Shown here one piece after another: positions 25,740 to 41,629 of a stretch of DNA of 64,000 nucleotides. This stretch comes from Octopus sinensis (lineage: Eukaryota). Numbering within the stretch: the stretch's first letter is position 1; the number at the start of each line of letters is the position of its first letter. The notes beneath the pieces were generated by a model, which worked only from the letters and a program-made list of their open reading frames with translations, searched no databases and had not been told where the DNA came from. The stretch covers positions 53,196,001 through 53,260,000 of the forward strand of contig NC_043009.1 in NCBI RefSeq assembly GCF_006345805.1, in the 5' to 3' direction. Position numbers and translations under genes: made by a program.

Positions 25740-28500
25740 CACACACACACACCCACCTGCCTCCCACACGCACACACCCACCCACCTACCTCCCACACAC
25801 ACCCAACCACCTACCTCCCACACGCCTGTTCACACACACACATACGCAGACCCATTTACGTACATACATTCACACATTTAATCACACACACTTACAGACA
25901 TACTAGCACACACTAACATACAAACCAACATGCACATACACACACACATACATACATACGCACACACATACATACTTACACACACACACACACACACACA
26001 CAGACATACATACACACATACACACACATACATACGCACATACATACACACACACTCACACACACACACACCGCACGTACATACTTCACACACACACATG
26101 CAAACATACATGTAGGCACATACATACATACATGCCCACACATGCACACCCTTACACTGAATGCACACACACATACACCTTTTTGCATCCAGGCAGCCCC
26201 CCTCTTTTCTGCTTTCCGGTTTTGGCTGATGGATCCTCGGTTCCCGCGTAGCGGGGCGTTCGAGGGCCTTTGCGCTCGCGCGCCTTGGCGCGCGCTGGGG
26301 GCTTGGTCGGCCCCTTGGGCTTGCGTTGTACTGCTTGTGCGTTGTGTGCGTGAGCGCGCTTTGTGCGTGTGGGCTTGCTTCGGATGTGCGCGTACGTATG
26401 TATGCATACATACCCACACACTCGCATGCATCCCTACCCACATACATACACGCACACCTACTCACACACACACATACACACACATACCTGCACACACACA
26501 CACATACATACATACACATACATACCTACTTCAGACATACACACACACAGACATACACCCATACACTCACACTCACACGCATACACAAACACACATACAC
26601 ACGCACACGTACACATACACACACACACACACACACCTACATACATACATTACACTTGTATACACACACACTTACATTCATACACACACACACCTACACA
26701 GCCATACCCTCACTCAGACACACACATCTACCTACACACACACACAAACACACACGGACACACACCCATACATACATACATCTACACACACGCACCCTAC
26801 ACACATACATACACACATACATAAACACACACACATACACATATACACACATACGCACACACACATATACTTATACACATGCACACACACACACATACAT
26901 ACATACACCCATATACATAAATACACACATACCCACATACTCCTATACGCACATACATACACAAAGACATACACACTTACACACTCACACAAACATACAC
27001 ACACACATACTTACACACACACTCACCTGCACGCGCACACACATGCATGACAAAAACACCCATACACTCACACTCACATACGCACACACCAACATAAACA
27101 CGCACACGCACACACACACACTACACTCCCACACACATACACACGCACCTACATACACACACGCACGCATACACACGCATACACACATACATTACACACG
27201 TACACACACACCCACATACACATGCATACACACACACACACACAACATGCACGGACACACCCAGACATACACATACACCTATATACACACGCCCACACAC
27301 CTACACACACACATATACACACACGCCACACACCTACATACACACACATACATACACACACATACACGGACACACCCACACATACTTACATACATACACC
27401 TATACACACACGCCTACACACCTACATACACACACATGCATACACACACACACACATGTACGCACATACACACACATATACGCACATACATATATACCCA
27501 CACACATGCACACACACACACACATACGCACATGCATGCATGCATGCACACGCGCACACCTACACGCATACACACACACACACGCACGTACACATACATA
27601 CATACACACACGCATACATACACCCATACACATACATGCATCCGACACACACATACATACACACTCACACATACATACACACACACACTCACTCACACAC
27701 CTGTATGTACGCGCACACACATGCACATACACACACTTCCCCACACCCACACGTACATACATACACACTCACACACATACACACATACACACGGACATAC
27801 ATCTATGCACACACATACATACACACATACTCACATACATTCATCGGACACACTGCCACCCAGACATACACACAGACACACTCACACATCCACACACATA
27901 CATACTTACGCGCATACTCGCAGGCACGCGCACATACGCACTTGCGCCGGCTCGCGCTGCATACGCCGCATACACCTCGCCCTGGACCTGACGAGACCTC
28001 CCGCCCGTTCCTGGGACCGTCGCGTGTCGTTGGGTTTTCCCACCTGTCTCCGCGGTACCACTCTTCCATCTTCCCCTCAGCTGGAGTCCTTTTTCCTTAA
28101 CCCCCCCTTTTTCGTTACACACACGCGCACACATATACACACCTTGCCTATATATATACATCACTCTTACACACATTCAATCTACTCGCCATTAATACCA
28201 CCACGACACTGGACACACACACACACTACTACTCAACACACGCTGGCACGCTACATACGCCCCCACCCCTTCCCCTCCCTCCCTTCCTCCTTCCTTCTTT
28301 TTCTTACTACTGACCTCCCTTCCTCCTTCCTTCTTTTTCTTACTACGACCTCGTCTGCTAGCTGACCACCAGTCTCGCCCTACCTCACACGCCTACACAC
28401 AGACGCACACACTAACACACACATATTTTTTTGTTTTTTCATCTCGCCTCACACACAACACATACACACACGCACATGCACACACTCACACATACACACA
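25740..28500. repeat. About 2.7-kb degenerate (CA)n/(CATA)n tract with two GC-rich islands
   Basis: Direct inspection. Confidence 0.92.
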
Positions 28501-28669
28501 CATCGTTAGGTTACCAACCTTGTCTCCACTCTTTTGCCTTTAAAAACCCACTTTGCTCTTGTTATCGTCAACATCCGCCTTCACCATGTGCAACTCGTAA
28601 ACACCAGTCGTCTTTTTCTCTTTCCCTGTTGCCCGCTCTGGGATCTTCTTTCCTCTCTCTTCCTTCTTT

Positions 28670-28708
28670 ATGTTTCCGACGAAGAGCTCCGCTCGAAACG
28701 TCATACCT
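28670..28708 (+). ncRNA. Hammerhead-like motif, stem I degenerate
   Basis: CCGACGA-A-GAGC-tcc-GCTC-GAAA-CG-TC; downstream cctgagcg is shared with the 60341 family. Confidence 0.55.
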
Positions 28709-28908
28709 CCCTGCTTCCATCTCCTGAGCGCCTATTAATAATAATACTGTAATTGTTCCTGTTGTTGTTGTTTTTTTGTTTCCCTTTTGGATTAAAATTA
28801 TATATATATATATATATATATACAATGGGGAATATTATTCCAAACTTACAGGGAAAAATTCAATCAAGTAATACTAAATAAAATTTCACAATATATATAT
28901 ATGTATAT

Positions 28909-29211
28909 AAATTAGAGAAGAACCACCTTTTATCAATTCAGCAATGACATAATGATAAAATTAAATTATACCATATAGAAAAAAATTAAATATACGATAA
29001 AAACATATACAAATAATGAAGTAAAGTACAAAATAATAAATAAAAAGTATATTGTCCTTTTACCAATTATATACTTTTTTATTTATTATTTTGTACTTTA
29101 CTTAATTATCGGTATATGTTTTTATCGTATATTTATTTTTTTCTATATGGTATAATTTAATTATATCATTATTATTTCATTGTTGAATTGATGGTGGTTC
29201 TTCTCTAATTT
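28909..29211. repeat. Fold-back palindrome, arms of about 140 bp
   Basis: aaattagagaagaaccacc...aaaagtata versus tatacttttt...ggtggttcttctctaattt; upstream tccaaacttacaggga is shared with about 8872-8890. Confidence 0.85.
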
Positions 29212-29289
29212 ACATACATTCATACATACATACATACATACATCACATACATACATACATACATACATACATACTACACACACACACAC

Positions 29290-32790
<3,501 letters not shown>

Positions 32791-33139
32791 ATATATATAT
32801 ATAGACATACATATCATGAACTAACTGTTACTTTCTCAAATGCAGCACGGAATTTGGCCAGTGAACAGGTCGCACTCTCAAAGCGACGAAAATATTTTGA
32901 TAAATTAAATTTAGATGTTGAAGTGAATCAAACGGTTTTTGTCTATTTTTAAATGGCTTATAAACACCTTCCACACTGCAAAATTTATATTAGTTACTAG
33001 TAAATATAATTATCTATTGAAATATATTAATTGATAGGTTGGATTCATACATATATAGTTCAGTCTATTTAAATTATAGTATAGATACATGATTCATAGG
33101 TTTTATTTACACGGTGTTTATCTTAACCATATATAATAA

Positions 33140-33285
33140 TAATAATAATAATAATTGTGTACAGTGCTCAGGTGCACTACAACTCATCTAAAGTGTATAT
33201 ATAATCAGGTGTAGTTTCGACGGATTTCGGGAAGCATGAGGGCCTTAAAGGATGCAGTGTCATGGCAGTCAACAACTGATATATT
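33140..33285 (-). mobile_element. Short LINE 3'-end-like fragment terminating in (ATT)n
   Basis: Higher-GC segment ending directly in an (AAT)n run on +, as expected for TAA-targeting R4/Dong-type ends. Family assignment is inference. Confidence 0.4.
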
Positions 33286-33419
33286 TAAATTTATTGAATG
33301 TATATTTAACTGTGTGAACGATTCATAGGTATTATATACACAGTGTTTATTGTAACCCTATCTACTTAAAAATTTATTAAATGTATATTTAACTTCATGA
33401 ACACAACAGGGTCCTCTTT

Positions 33420-33830
33420 CCCTTTTGTCGATTAATTTGTGCTTTGATGCTAGACTTAAGGATCTGGTAAATTTCTTCGATTCAATGTTCGCATTTTTTG
33501 TTCCCATTGCTATAAGATTTTGCTCGGCTAATTATTTCCCACGTAAGTGTATAATCCTCATTTTTATCCTTTATCGACCAAATTAGTATACTAAGACTGG
33601 TGCTAGCCTCTTTTTTCTATCCCTGAAGGTGTTTTCCTGATTACATATCCTTCTTTCTATGTAATTTTCCGCTGAACCTACATAGTAGTAATCCTGTCGC
33701 ACAGATACAACCTTACGTTCATATAATCCTTTTCCCCCCACAAAAAATTTAATGGACACTGTTTACCTTTAGCACAATTACAAGTTTTATTTTTAGTAAC
33801 GCTCCCTTTTCTCTTACTAATAATGTTGAG
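33420..33830 (-). mobile_element. Second PLE GIY-YIG relic with CxC-x5-C linker
   Basis: My translation across frameshifts: TCNCAKGKQCPLN / GLYERKV..YYYVGSAENYIERR / STSLSILIWSIKDKNEDYTLTWEIISRAKSYSNGNKKC, aligning with the 53047-53418 peptide. Confidence 0.75.
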
Positions 33831-34451
33831 CTTGCATTCTATGCCTTCACAGTTAACCTCATTATTATTAATTTTCTGTCTGGAGTCTTATCATTAATCT
33901 AAGATTATTCATGTCAGTTTGTTTACTGCTTGCATTATTATTTACTATGTCAATATTTCCTTTACCAATCCTGACACTTTTATTGTTTTCTTTTATGTTT
34001 GTTGTTGCTATTGTTAGTATTAGTATTTATATTAATTTTATCAATATTTATATATTATCAATTTTGTTGTTAATATTACGCTTATCGCCTTTTCTTTTTA
34101 TAGATTGTATGTTTATATGTTTAGATCCTAGCGGGGAGTCTCTTAGATTTATTCCCTTCCTTCGTTTATCGTGTAAGTCACATTATCGTTCATTTTTTCG
34201 CCATTTTGGTCATTTAATTATTCATTTATATTTACTCGAAAATAATGATGATGGAAATCTCCATAGCGACAACTGTATTTTCAAAAATATAAAGTACTTA
34301 TATTGAAGAAGAACCAACGATAAACACTAGTAAAGGAAAAATTTCCAGTAACGTTAATTGTGTTTGTGCAAAACTGGTGTACGCTTGGATAATATATCAC
34401 TAAGAAAGAACAAATTCTTTCTGTACAGATTTACACACACACACGCACAGA

Positions 34452-34679
34452 GGTGGAGGTGCTGAATAGCTCCTGGATTTAAGGGTGTCGCGAAAGGCCT
34501 GGTTGGAGGCCTAACCTTCCGAGTTGCTTTACAGGTGGTCTTAGAAAATCTGCTGGACCGCTACAGTAAGTGTGTCAGACTGAGAGGGGAATATGTTGAA
34601 TAAAACCATAATTAACTGATCCTCCTGTATTTTCAAGTATCCAAAGCCAGGAACCCAGGAACTTTACAGCACCGTCTCG
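34452..34679 (-). mobile_element. Mariner-type MITE copy
   Basis: Reverse complement of 47436-47647; ends cagcaccgtctcg-TA. Confidence 0.8.
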
Positions 34680-34719
34680 TATGTGTTTGTGTGTGTGTGT
34701 GCGTCAGTGTGTGTGTGTA

Positions 34720-34762
<43 letters not shown>

Positions 34763-34835
34763 ATAATAAAGGATAAAATCAATTAATTATTAATTATTTT
34801 CAGTATGTGGCAAAGTAAATTATTTTACTGAGCCC

Positions 34836-34883
<48 letters not shown>

Positions 34884-34949
34884 GCAAACAGAAAAAGGAG
34901 TGTATATTATATGAGGGAAACAGGACAAGGAGTGTGCTAAGGTCACCAG

Positions 34950-36210
34950 ACAGATAAACACTGTCTTTCTCGACGACAGAAAAGCAGTGGGATGATCTTC
35001 ATGATGTATTCAACTGATACCCGAATCCATCTTATAGGTGACAGCAGGTGCTTGACCTAACTTCACAAGTCAACGATGCTCAGTACGTGCAGAAAAGTTT
35101 AGTCGCTCTGCGCATGTGTCTGGTAAGTCCAGCTGATAGCACTACCATGCCTGTAGAGTAATGCCTCTCCACCCCAGTAGCACAGCCAGGCCAAAACTTT
35201 ATGGCTCCAAGACAGATCAGCTTGTTGATTCTTATCGAGGCCCAGAATACTACCAATAAACCCCTTGTGCCTAGTGTCTAACACGATGATGGTGGCATCG
35301 TCAACGTATGATTATACAGTTCTTTCACTCCAAGTACTTGCAGAATGCCCTTTTGAATCTCTAGTTTTCGCAGCAGTAGCTCAAGGGCAATATCTACAGA
35401 ATAGACGAAAGAGGAAGATTTGACGGACTGAACGTATGATGACGAATGGTTCTGATAGGTTGCCAAGGCAGAGGACGAGACCAAGACTAATTGCTATGAG
35501 AACAGGCGCCAGGGTTTGGTGATCTAACCTATTGTAAGATTTTGATGGATACAAAATTTAGAATCTAAGGTGATCAGGAATTCACCTACACTTCTTGCAA
35601 TACATGTTTCGCACGAGGTGTAGGTTGTCGAAGATAGATCTATTCAGGGAGGTGCGTGTTTGCGCATCCCCAGGGGCCGACCTCTTTGCTAATTCCTTGG
35701 CCAAAAGTTTGAAGTATGCGTTTTATAGTTATGGGTCTAAAATCCTTTATTTGTTCCTCCTTGTTTAGTTTCTTTCTGTTGGAACTGAAATCTATCCTGC
35801 ATTCCGACCCACCATTTGTCTAGAACAGTCAATGAAGTGGTGCTGAAACACCGAATACATCTGCTTGAGTAACCTGTGGCCATTATGTTCCACCATAGAC
35901 CGAATTGTCTTTGTTGCTACCTTGCACCTCAGCCACTTGGGTCCATCATCCAGCTTTGTCCCTTTGTGTCTTAGAGTACAAGCCTTAGCCTTAAACATGC
36001 AGCCATCGTGCTTCACACATAATAATTGGCCAAGAGCCTATCTTATCGAGACTACCTCGATTGCAATGCCTATCCAAAGTGCCCCTTCTAAGTTACTATT
36101 CACTTTTAATTTATCTTCACAATTAAATCTAATTGATTCTAATCCAGTCGCTTTTCTCAGGACGAACCGCCATTTGTTGCTTATAATTGATCCCTTAAAG
36201 GCCGCTTAAC
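34950..36210 (-). mobile_element. Degenerate Tx1/L1-like LINE linker/RT fragment
   Basis: Remnants such as SYVDDATIIV (YADD-like), KAKACTLR and TIRSMVEHNGHRL; many stops. Confidence 0.55.
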
Positions 36211-37189
36211 TAATTCGCTCTCTGCAAGCTCGGCGCGCTGGGTCGACGCGTTCTGCTTCCAGGAACCGGGGCCCTACTACGACGTCTACCTATGTCGACC
36301 ATATAGGTCCCAAGTTGTGGTCAGTGTAGCTGGCAAATTTAAGTTTTGGACAACATATACATATACTACCCCAAACTTTTTGCTATCTTTCTGTTGATAA
36401 TGTTGTTGTGAGGGATTCTAATGAAGTTGTTTTTGCTGCTGTATAGTTGTGGAAGCCGTAGATATTCGTATGTTCTCTGTTGCGTTTGCATTTGTTGCAT
36501 CCACTATTGTTATTGTTGTTGTTACTGCTACTGTCGTCGGTGCTGCTGTGATTGCAGTTGCTTCTACAGCTGTTTCACTGTTGCTTTTCAGCTGTAGTGA
36601 TTACCTATTTTTGCTGGTGCTGTTGTTGTTGTTATTATTGTGGTGGTGGTGTCGTCAGCAAAACAGGGTGCGCACTTCTCTCTTTTGTTGTGGGCAGAAA
36701 GCTTTGGGGTGATTTGCGTTACCACACAGGGGACATCTTGCTTTCTGCCCTCAACAGCCGAAGCTTTGTGCCATTTAGTAGGCTTATGTAATATGGGATG
36801 GCCTCGACGCTTGGGTGGTCTGCTCCTACTGATAATTGCATTATCAATCCTAATCAGTTCTGCTTCTGCATTCTCTCTGTTCGTAGAATAGTAGTTTTCG
36901 CTTCTATGTCGGAAAGAATCGCAGCCACCAACCAGCAACTGTGTATATCGGTCTATTATTATGCTTAGTAATATAAATGGTAAAAGGTAAATGGGGGATG
37001 TTAGATGATTTTTGGCCACCTCCTCTGACACGAACCTCACTTAGACAGTTTCCGCTAGACGCATAGATTTTGCTTTTCCAAATTGGTCTTAGATGCAAAA
37101 ATCAAGTATTTGGAGTGCAAAGCTTTCTTTACGGAATTCTCTAATTTGCTGGTGTGCTACCTGCTCTGCTCTTTTACTTTTGACTCCAA

Positions 37190-37655
37190 TCATTTTATAG
37201 AGAATTGTCTGCAAATCAATTTTTTGCTGGACAGACAGTCACTTGCTTGACCTTAACCAGTTGAGCATGTCCATTAGTGTCGGACGATATATGCATCTCT
37301 GATCACAAGCAAGAGTAGTGGGGAAACATCATAGTCATGTATTGAGAGAAATTCTTAAGGGTTTGAATAGTTTACCTCTGGAAACATGGCTGTTTCATTC
37401 ATCATCTTTAAGCAACCTTCACTCAGCGACCTTTTGAGCAGGATGGACTACTCGACCCGAAAAAAAATTCTAACTGGGCCCCACCTGCAAGGTCATGCGC
37501 TATTTATCTTGACATGAGGTCACCATATCGCCCACATATGGTTGTGAGGCATGTGCCTGGTGTACACTTATCAGACAGGTAGTCGTGATGGATATATTGG
37601 GCTTCGTATATTTGTACACGAATGTCCCTTTGATTACATGCATCGTTCTCTCAAT
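37190..37655 (+). mobile_element. Dispersed non-coding repeat ending in (AAT)n (probable LINE 3' UTR or derived SINE)
   Basis: Homologous to reverse-strand copy at 58845-59330 (shared gggccccacctgcaaggtcatg, catatggttgtgatgcatgtgcctggtgtac); both abut AAT/TTA microsatellites. Confidence 0.7.
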
Positions 37656-37869
37656 AATAATGATAATAATTGTAATAATGATAATAATAATAATGATAAT
37701 AATGATAATAATAATAATGATAATAGTAATAATGATAATAATAATAATGATAATAATAATAATAATAATAATAATAATAGTAATAATGATAATAATAATA
37801 ATGATAATAATAATAATGATAATAATAATAATGATGATAATAATAATAATAATAATAATGATAATAATG

Positions 37870-37914
<45 letters not shown>

Positions 37915-37965
37915 GTAATAATAATAGTAATAATAATAGTAATAATAATAGTAATAATAATAATG
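37655..37965. repeat. (AAT)n/(GAT) microsatellite
   Basis: Direct inspection. Similar (TAT)n at 46455-46580, 48230-48320, 58640-58840, 59325-59610; (CTT)n at 56255-56420. Confidence 0.95.
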
Positions 37966-38102
37966 TTAACGAAAAAAGTATGTGGCAAGAAGCTTGCTTT
38001 CCAACTGCATGATTCTGGATTCAGACCCTCTGCGTGGCACCTTGGGTTTGCCAAGTTCTTGTGAGTGGATTTAACAGACAGAAAGTGAAAAAATACCGTC
38101 GA

Positions 38103-38138
<36 letters not shown>

Positions 38139-38171
38139 GTATTTATGTGTGTGTGTGTGTGGGTGTGTATA

Positions 38172-38634
38172 TCTCTCTCTATATAAACGGCAGTTTGTCT
38201 GTCTGTGTGTCTGTGTGTCTGTCAGGTTGTACCCTCACCCTGACCACGGCTTTCAACCGATTCTGATGCAACTTGACACACACATAGCCCAATGTCATAA
38301 TTCAAAACTAACGCAGCGAAAAATTTGAAAAGTTCCCCCAGTTCTGAAAGAATCGATAAATTCGACATGGGGTCGAGAATCTAAGTTTTTATATGCAACA
38401 CACTTCCTGGGCTGTACGTGGCTGTTCACGCGTTGGGAGGCACAATGATGTTTTCATGTTTTCGCCCAAAGGGACAGCTAGGAACATTGTATACACAGAA
38501 GTATTCGAGTGAAGAGAAGACATTGCAACCTACACATGCGCCTTCGTTCCCTAGAGGGAAAGGACTAGATTGGGATTAGTCGTTGCCTACTAGGGTCTCT
38601 TACAAACCCGGGCAACGCCGGGCTATGCTGCTAG
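38172..38634 (+). mobile_element. Non-autonomous Helitron
   Basis: 5' TC after A; 3' hairpin CCCGG-gcaacg-CCGGG (38607-38622), then CTAG followed by T; no TSD. Confidence 0.85.
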
Positions 38635-38779
38635 TATAAAATACATGCAGAAACACACACACAAGTATGTCCCATTCATACGTATATGTAAATACATGCA
38701 TGTATGTGTCTATATGCACACATAATGTATGTATATATGTTTGTGTAAAGGTATGTGTGTGGTGTGTGTGTGTGTGTGT

Positions 38780-38816
<37 letters not shown>

Positions 38817-38859
38817 GTGAAGATACTTTGTTTAATTGTTTAAACATTTTGTATTTCAG

Positions 38860-38995
38860 TTACCTTTCTTCTGTGTATACCAGTATGCCATGGTTGTTTA
38901 CTTGATGCAAAAATCAAGTATTTGGAATGCAAATCTTTCTTTACGGAATTCTCTAATATTAATGAGTTAACAAATAAACTCGATTATTTATGCAG
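38860..38995 (+). CDS. Coding exon 2 (phase 1 to 2): TFLLCIPVCHGCLLDAKIKYLECKSFFTEFSNINELTNKLDYLC
   Basis: Acceptor ttttgtatttcag, donor CAG|GTAAGT, 136 nt open frame; phase matches exon 3 (AG+T = Ser). Confidence 0.88.
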
Positions 38996-40612
38996 GTAAG
39001 TTGATATGTCCGCTACTTTCTTAAAGGTCAATAATTCTCAAGCTTATTCTAAAGATCGTTCCCCTTTCTATTACTTATTTCTTTTTGCCCACAAGGAGCT
39101 AAACATAGAGGGGACAAACAAGGACAGACAAACGGATTAAGTCGATTACATCGACCCCAGTGCTTAAGTGGTACTTAATTTATCGACTCCGAAAGGATGA
39201 AAGGCAAAGTCGACCTCGGCGGAATTTGAACTCAGAACGTAGCGACGGGCGAAATACTGCTAAACATTTCCCCCGGCGTGCTAACGAAACTGCCCGCTCG
39301 CCGCCTTAAGGATTGTATTTATATTGGAAGTTAATATACTGCGGTATTAAGGCGGCGAGAATCGTTACCGCCCCGGAAAAAGTGCTTAGCAGCATTTTCT
39401 TTGGCTGTACGTTCTGAGTTCAAAGGCCGGGGTCGCCTTTGCTTTTCATCCTTTTGGGATGGATAAAGTAAGTACGAGTTGAATATTGGGGTCGATCTAA
39501 TCCATTTAGAACATCCCCAAAATTAGTGGCATCGTGCCAAAATTTGAAACAAATATACTATGGTATAAAGGCGGCGAGTTGGCGGAATCTTTAAGACGCC
39601 GGGTAAAATGTTTAACGGCATTTCGTCCATCTTTACGTTCAGAGTTTAAAGTCCACCTATTTCGACTTTGCGTTTCACCACTTTGGATCAATAAAATCAG
39701 TATCAGCTGAATACTAGGGTCGATGTAACCAATTTACCCAACCCCTAAAATTGCTGTGGTATTTGCAATCACGGTAGAACATCGTCTTCTATATTTCGTT
39801 TGTTTCTTTATGATTTGCGTTCAAATTTCGCCAGAGCTAGAATTAATCTCTTTACAAGTAGGGCAAAGCCTCTAGACAAGCAGTATACTAGAAGTGCAGT
39901 CTAACCTCATTCACATCTACTGTCTTCAATAAATTATAAAGATACTTAAAATAATGTAATCATTTCCTTCACGCACAAAAAAACAGATGGGATGGCTATG
40001 ACTGGAACCCCACTGAACATGACTATGTTAATAAGGGCTGAAATAGCAATAGAGCAGGGCATGAGCAAGTGGCTTTTCTATGTTTAGTGACATTAAATTT
40101 GTAATGGTCAAATTCAATTCTGGTGGAATTACTGTTTATTAATCATTTTAATTAATTCGTTCATTATTGGTTCATAAAAAAAAAACAAAAAAAAAAACGT
40201 TCTTTACATCCTATTTAACGTGGATATTCTATCCAAAGCCACTAAACAACAATATTCATCTTGAGGAAGCTTCTTTGTAAATACGTATAGTGCTAAAAAG
40301 TACACCACCACCACCACCACCACCACCGCCGCCGCCGCCACTGATATTTCTGTGACTTTTCGCAGTATACATCTATACTAGATACTTTCTCAAAAACAAA
40401 TACCGCAGTACTGTGGCTTCTACAGTATATCCACTTTAAGTACGATATACAGAGTGCTATTTTAATTGTTGTCTTACTGGCGGGTTGGGGGGGAGGGGGT
40501 CATTTCTATAAAATACTGCATGCTTCAGACATACATCATATGGTGAATGAACCTAAAAGTCATATCTTGTCAAAGGAAAAGCATATCAGTATAACTTTAT
40601 TTCTGTTTCTAG

Positions 40613-40761
40613 TGATAAACCAAGTGACAAACAAAAGATTCTTGACTGCCAACGTAACGCAACAAATGGGTGTGACGAATTTTCCGAGCAAGACTTTCTT
40701 AAAGGAACTGATGTCGATATCTATGATGAACTTAACAAAAAATTGTGTGAACACAAACAAG
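40613..40761 (+). CDS. Coding exon 3 (phase 2 to 1): DKPSDKQKILDCQRNATNGCDEFSEQDFLKGTDVDIYDELNKKLCEHKQ
   Basis: Acceptor tttatttctgtttctag, donor AAG|GTAAGA, 149 nt open frame; G+AT = Asp into exon 4. Confidence 0.9.
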
Positions 40762-41099
40762 GTAAGATCTTAGTTTTTCATCTTTCTCAGAGGTAAAGGG
40801 GGATTTTTTTCCTTTTGAACGGCACTTTTTAACACAATTTCTAGTTAAACTAAACACTTTTAAACTTCGTATACTGGTAGAATGTGTTTATAAAACATCA
40901 TTTTTTCTTGGCTTTATTGAGAAGAAAATTCTATATGTTGTAACATATTTCGTCTTTAATTTCGAGCATTTCGGCAATTTTAACCAATCGCTTACGTTCA
41001 TTTAGGTAAATAACATTCTGTGCATAATGAATATGTCCCTCCTTTAAGAAACAGATTGGGTTTATTTACATTTGTGAAGAAAAAAGATACCCTTCCCCC

Positions 41100-41385
41100 A
41101 CCCCTAACTAACCCTAACTAACTAACTAATCCTAACTCTCACCCTAAATCTAAAATAGATTGAAATGCAATAGATCGATACTAGGGTTATAATTATGGGT
41201 GACAATTTCATACGACACTGCTACGGAAAATGGGATTTTTTTCTAGCGGTGTCAAATGAAAATGTCACCCATAATTATGGCCCTAGTATCGATCTATTGC
41301 ATTTCAATCTATTTTAGATTTAGGGTTAGAGTTAGGGTTATTTAGGGTTAGAGTTAGGGTTATTTAGGGTTAGTTAGGGTTAGAT
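41100..41385. repeat. Palindrome (arms of about 85 bp) flanked by CCCTAA/TTAGGG-like repeats
   Basis: 41142-41230 versus 41240-41325 reverse complements; accctaac variants on the left, gttagggtta variants on the right. Confidence 0.85.
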
Positions 41386-41629
41386 AAAATACCTATTTCT
41401 TTACTACCCACAAAGGGCTAAACACAGACAGGACAAACAAGAACAGACAACCGGATTAAGTCGATTTTATCGACCCCAATGCGTAACTGGTACTTATTTA
41501 ATTGACCCCGAAAGAATGAAAGGCAAAGTCGACCTCGGCGGAATTTGAACTCAGAACGTAGCGGCAGACGAAATACTGCTAAGCATTTCGCCCGGCGTGC
41601 TAACGATTCTGCCAGTTCGCCGCCTTCAC

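Noticed and set aside
26326-28365. 679-aa Thr/His-rich ORF, and the many YIYI/CVCV ORFs across the window
   Set aside because: Translations of (CA)n, (TA)n and (TG)n tracts, which lack stops in some frames; no domain content.
33455-33500. In-frame TGA in the GIY-YIG relic read as selenocysteine
   Set aside because: The same copy has frameshifts; a TGT/TGC-to-TGA mutation is simpler, and I saw no SECIS element.
34535-34571. Apparent mini-exon (ttgctttacag ... CA|GTAAGT)
   Set aside because: Lies inside a mariner MITE copy; no evidence it belongs to the gene.
37500-38064. Poly-Ile, poly-Asn and Ile/Met ORFs resembling membrane or prion-like proteins
   Set aside because: (AAT)n microsatellite read in three frames.
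40540-40773. 77-aa ORF MVNEPK...
   Set aside because: Overlaps exon 3 in the wrong frame; its start and end lie in introns.
41100-41385. True telomere or chromosome-fusion site
   Set aside because: Repeats are few and degenerate, and they flank a unique-sequence palindrome within an intron.
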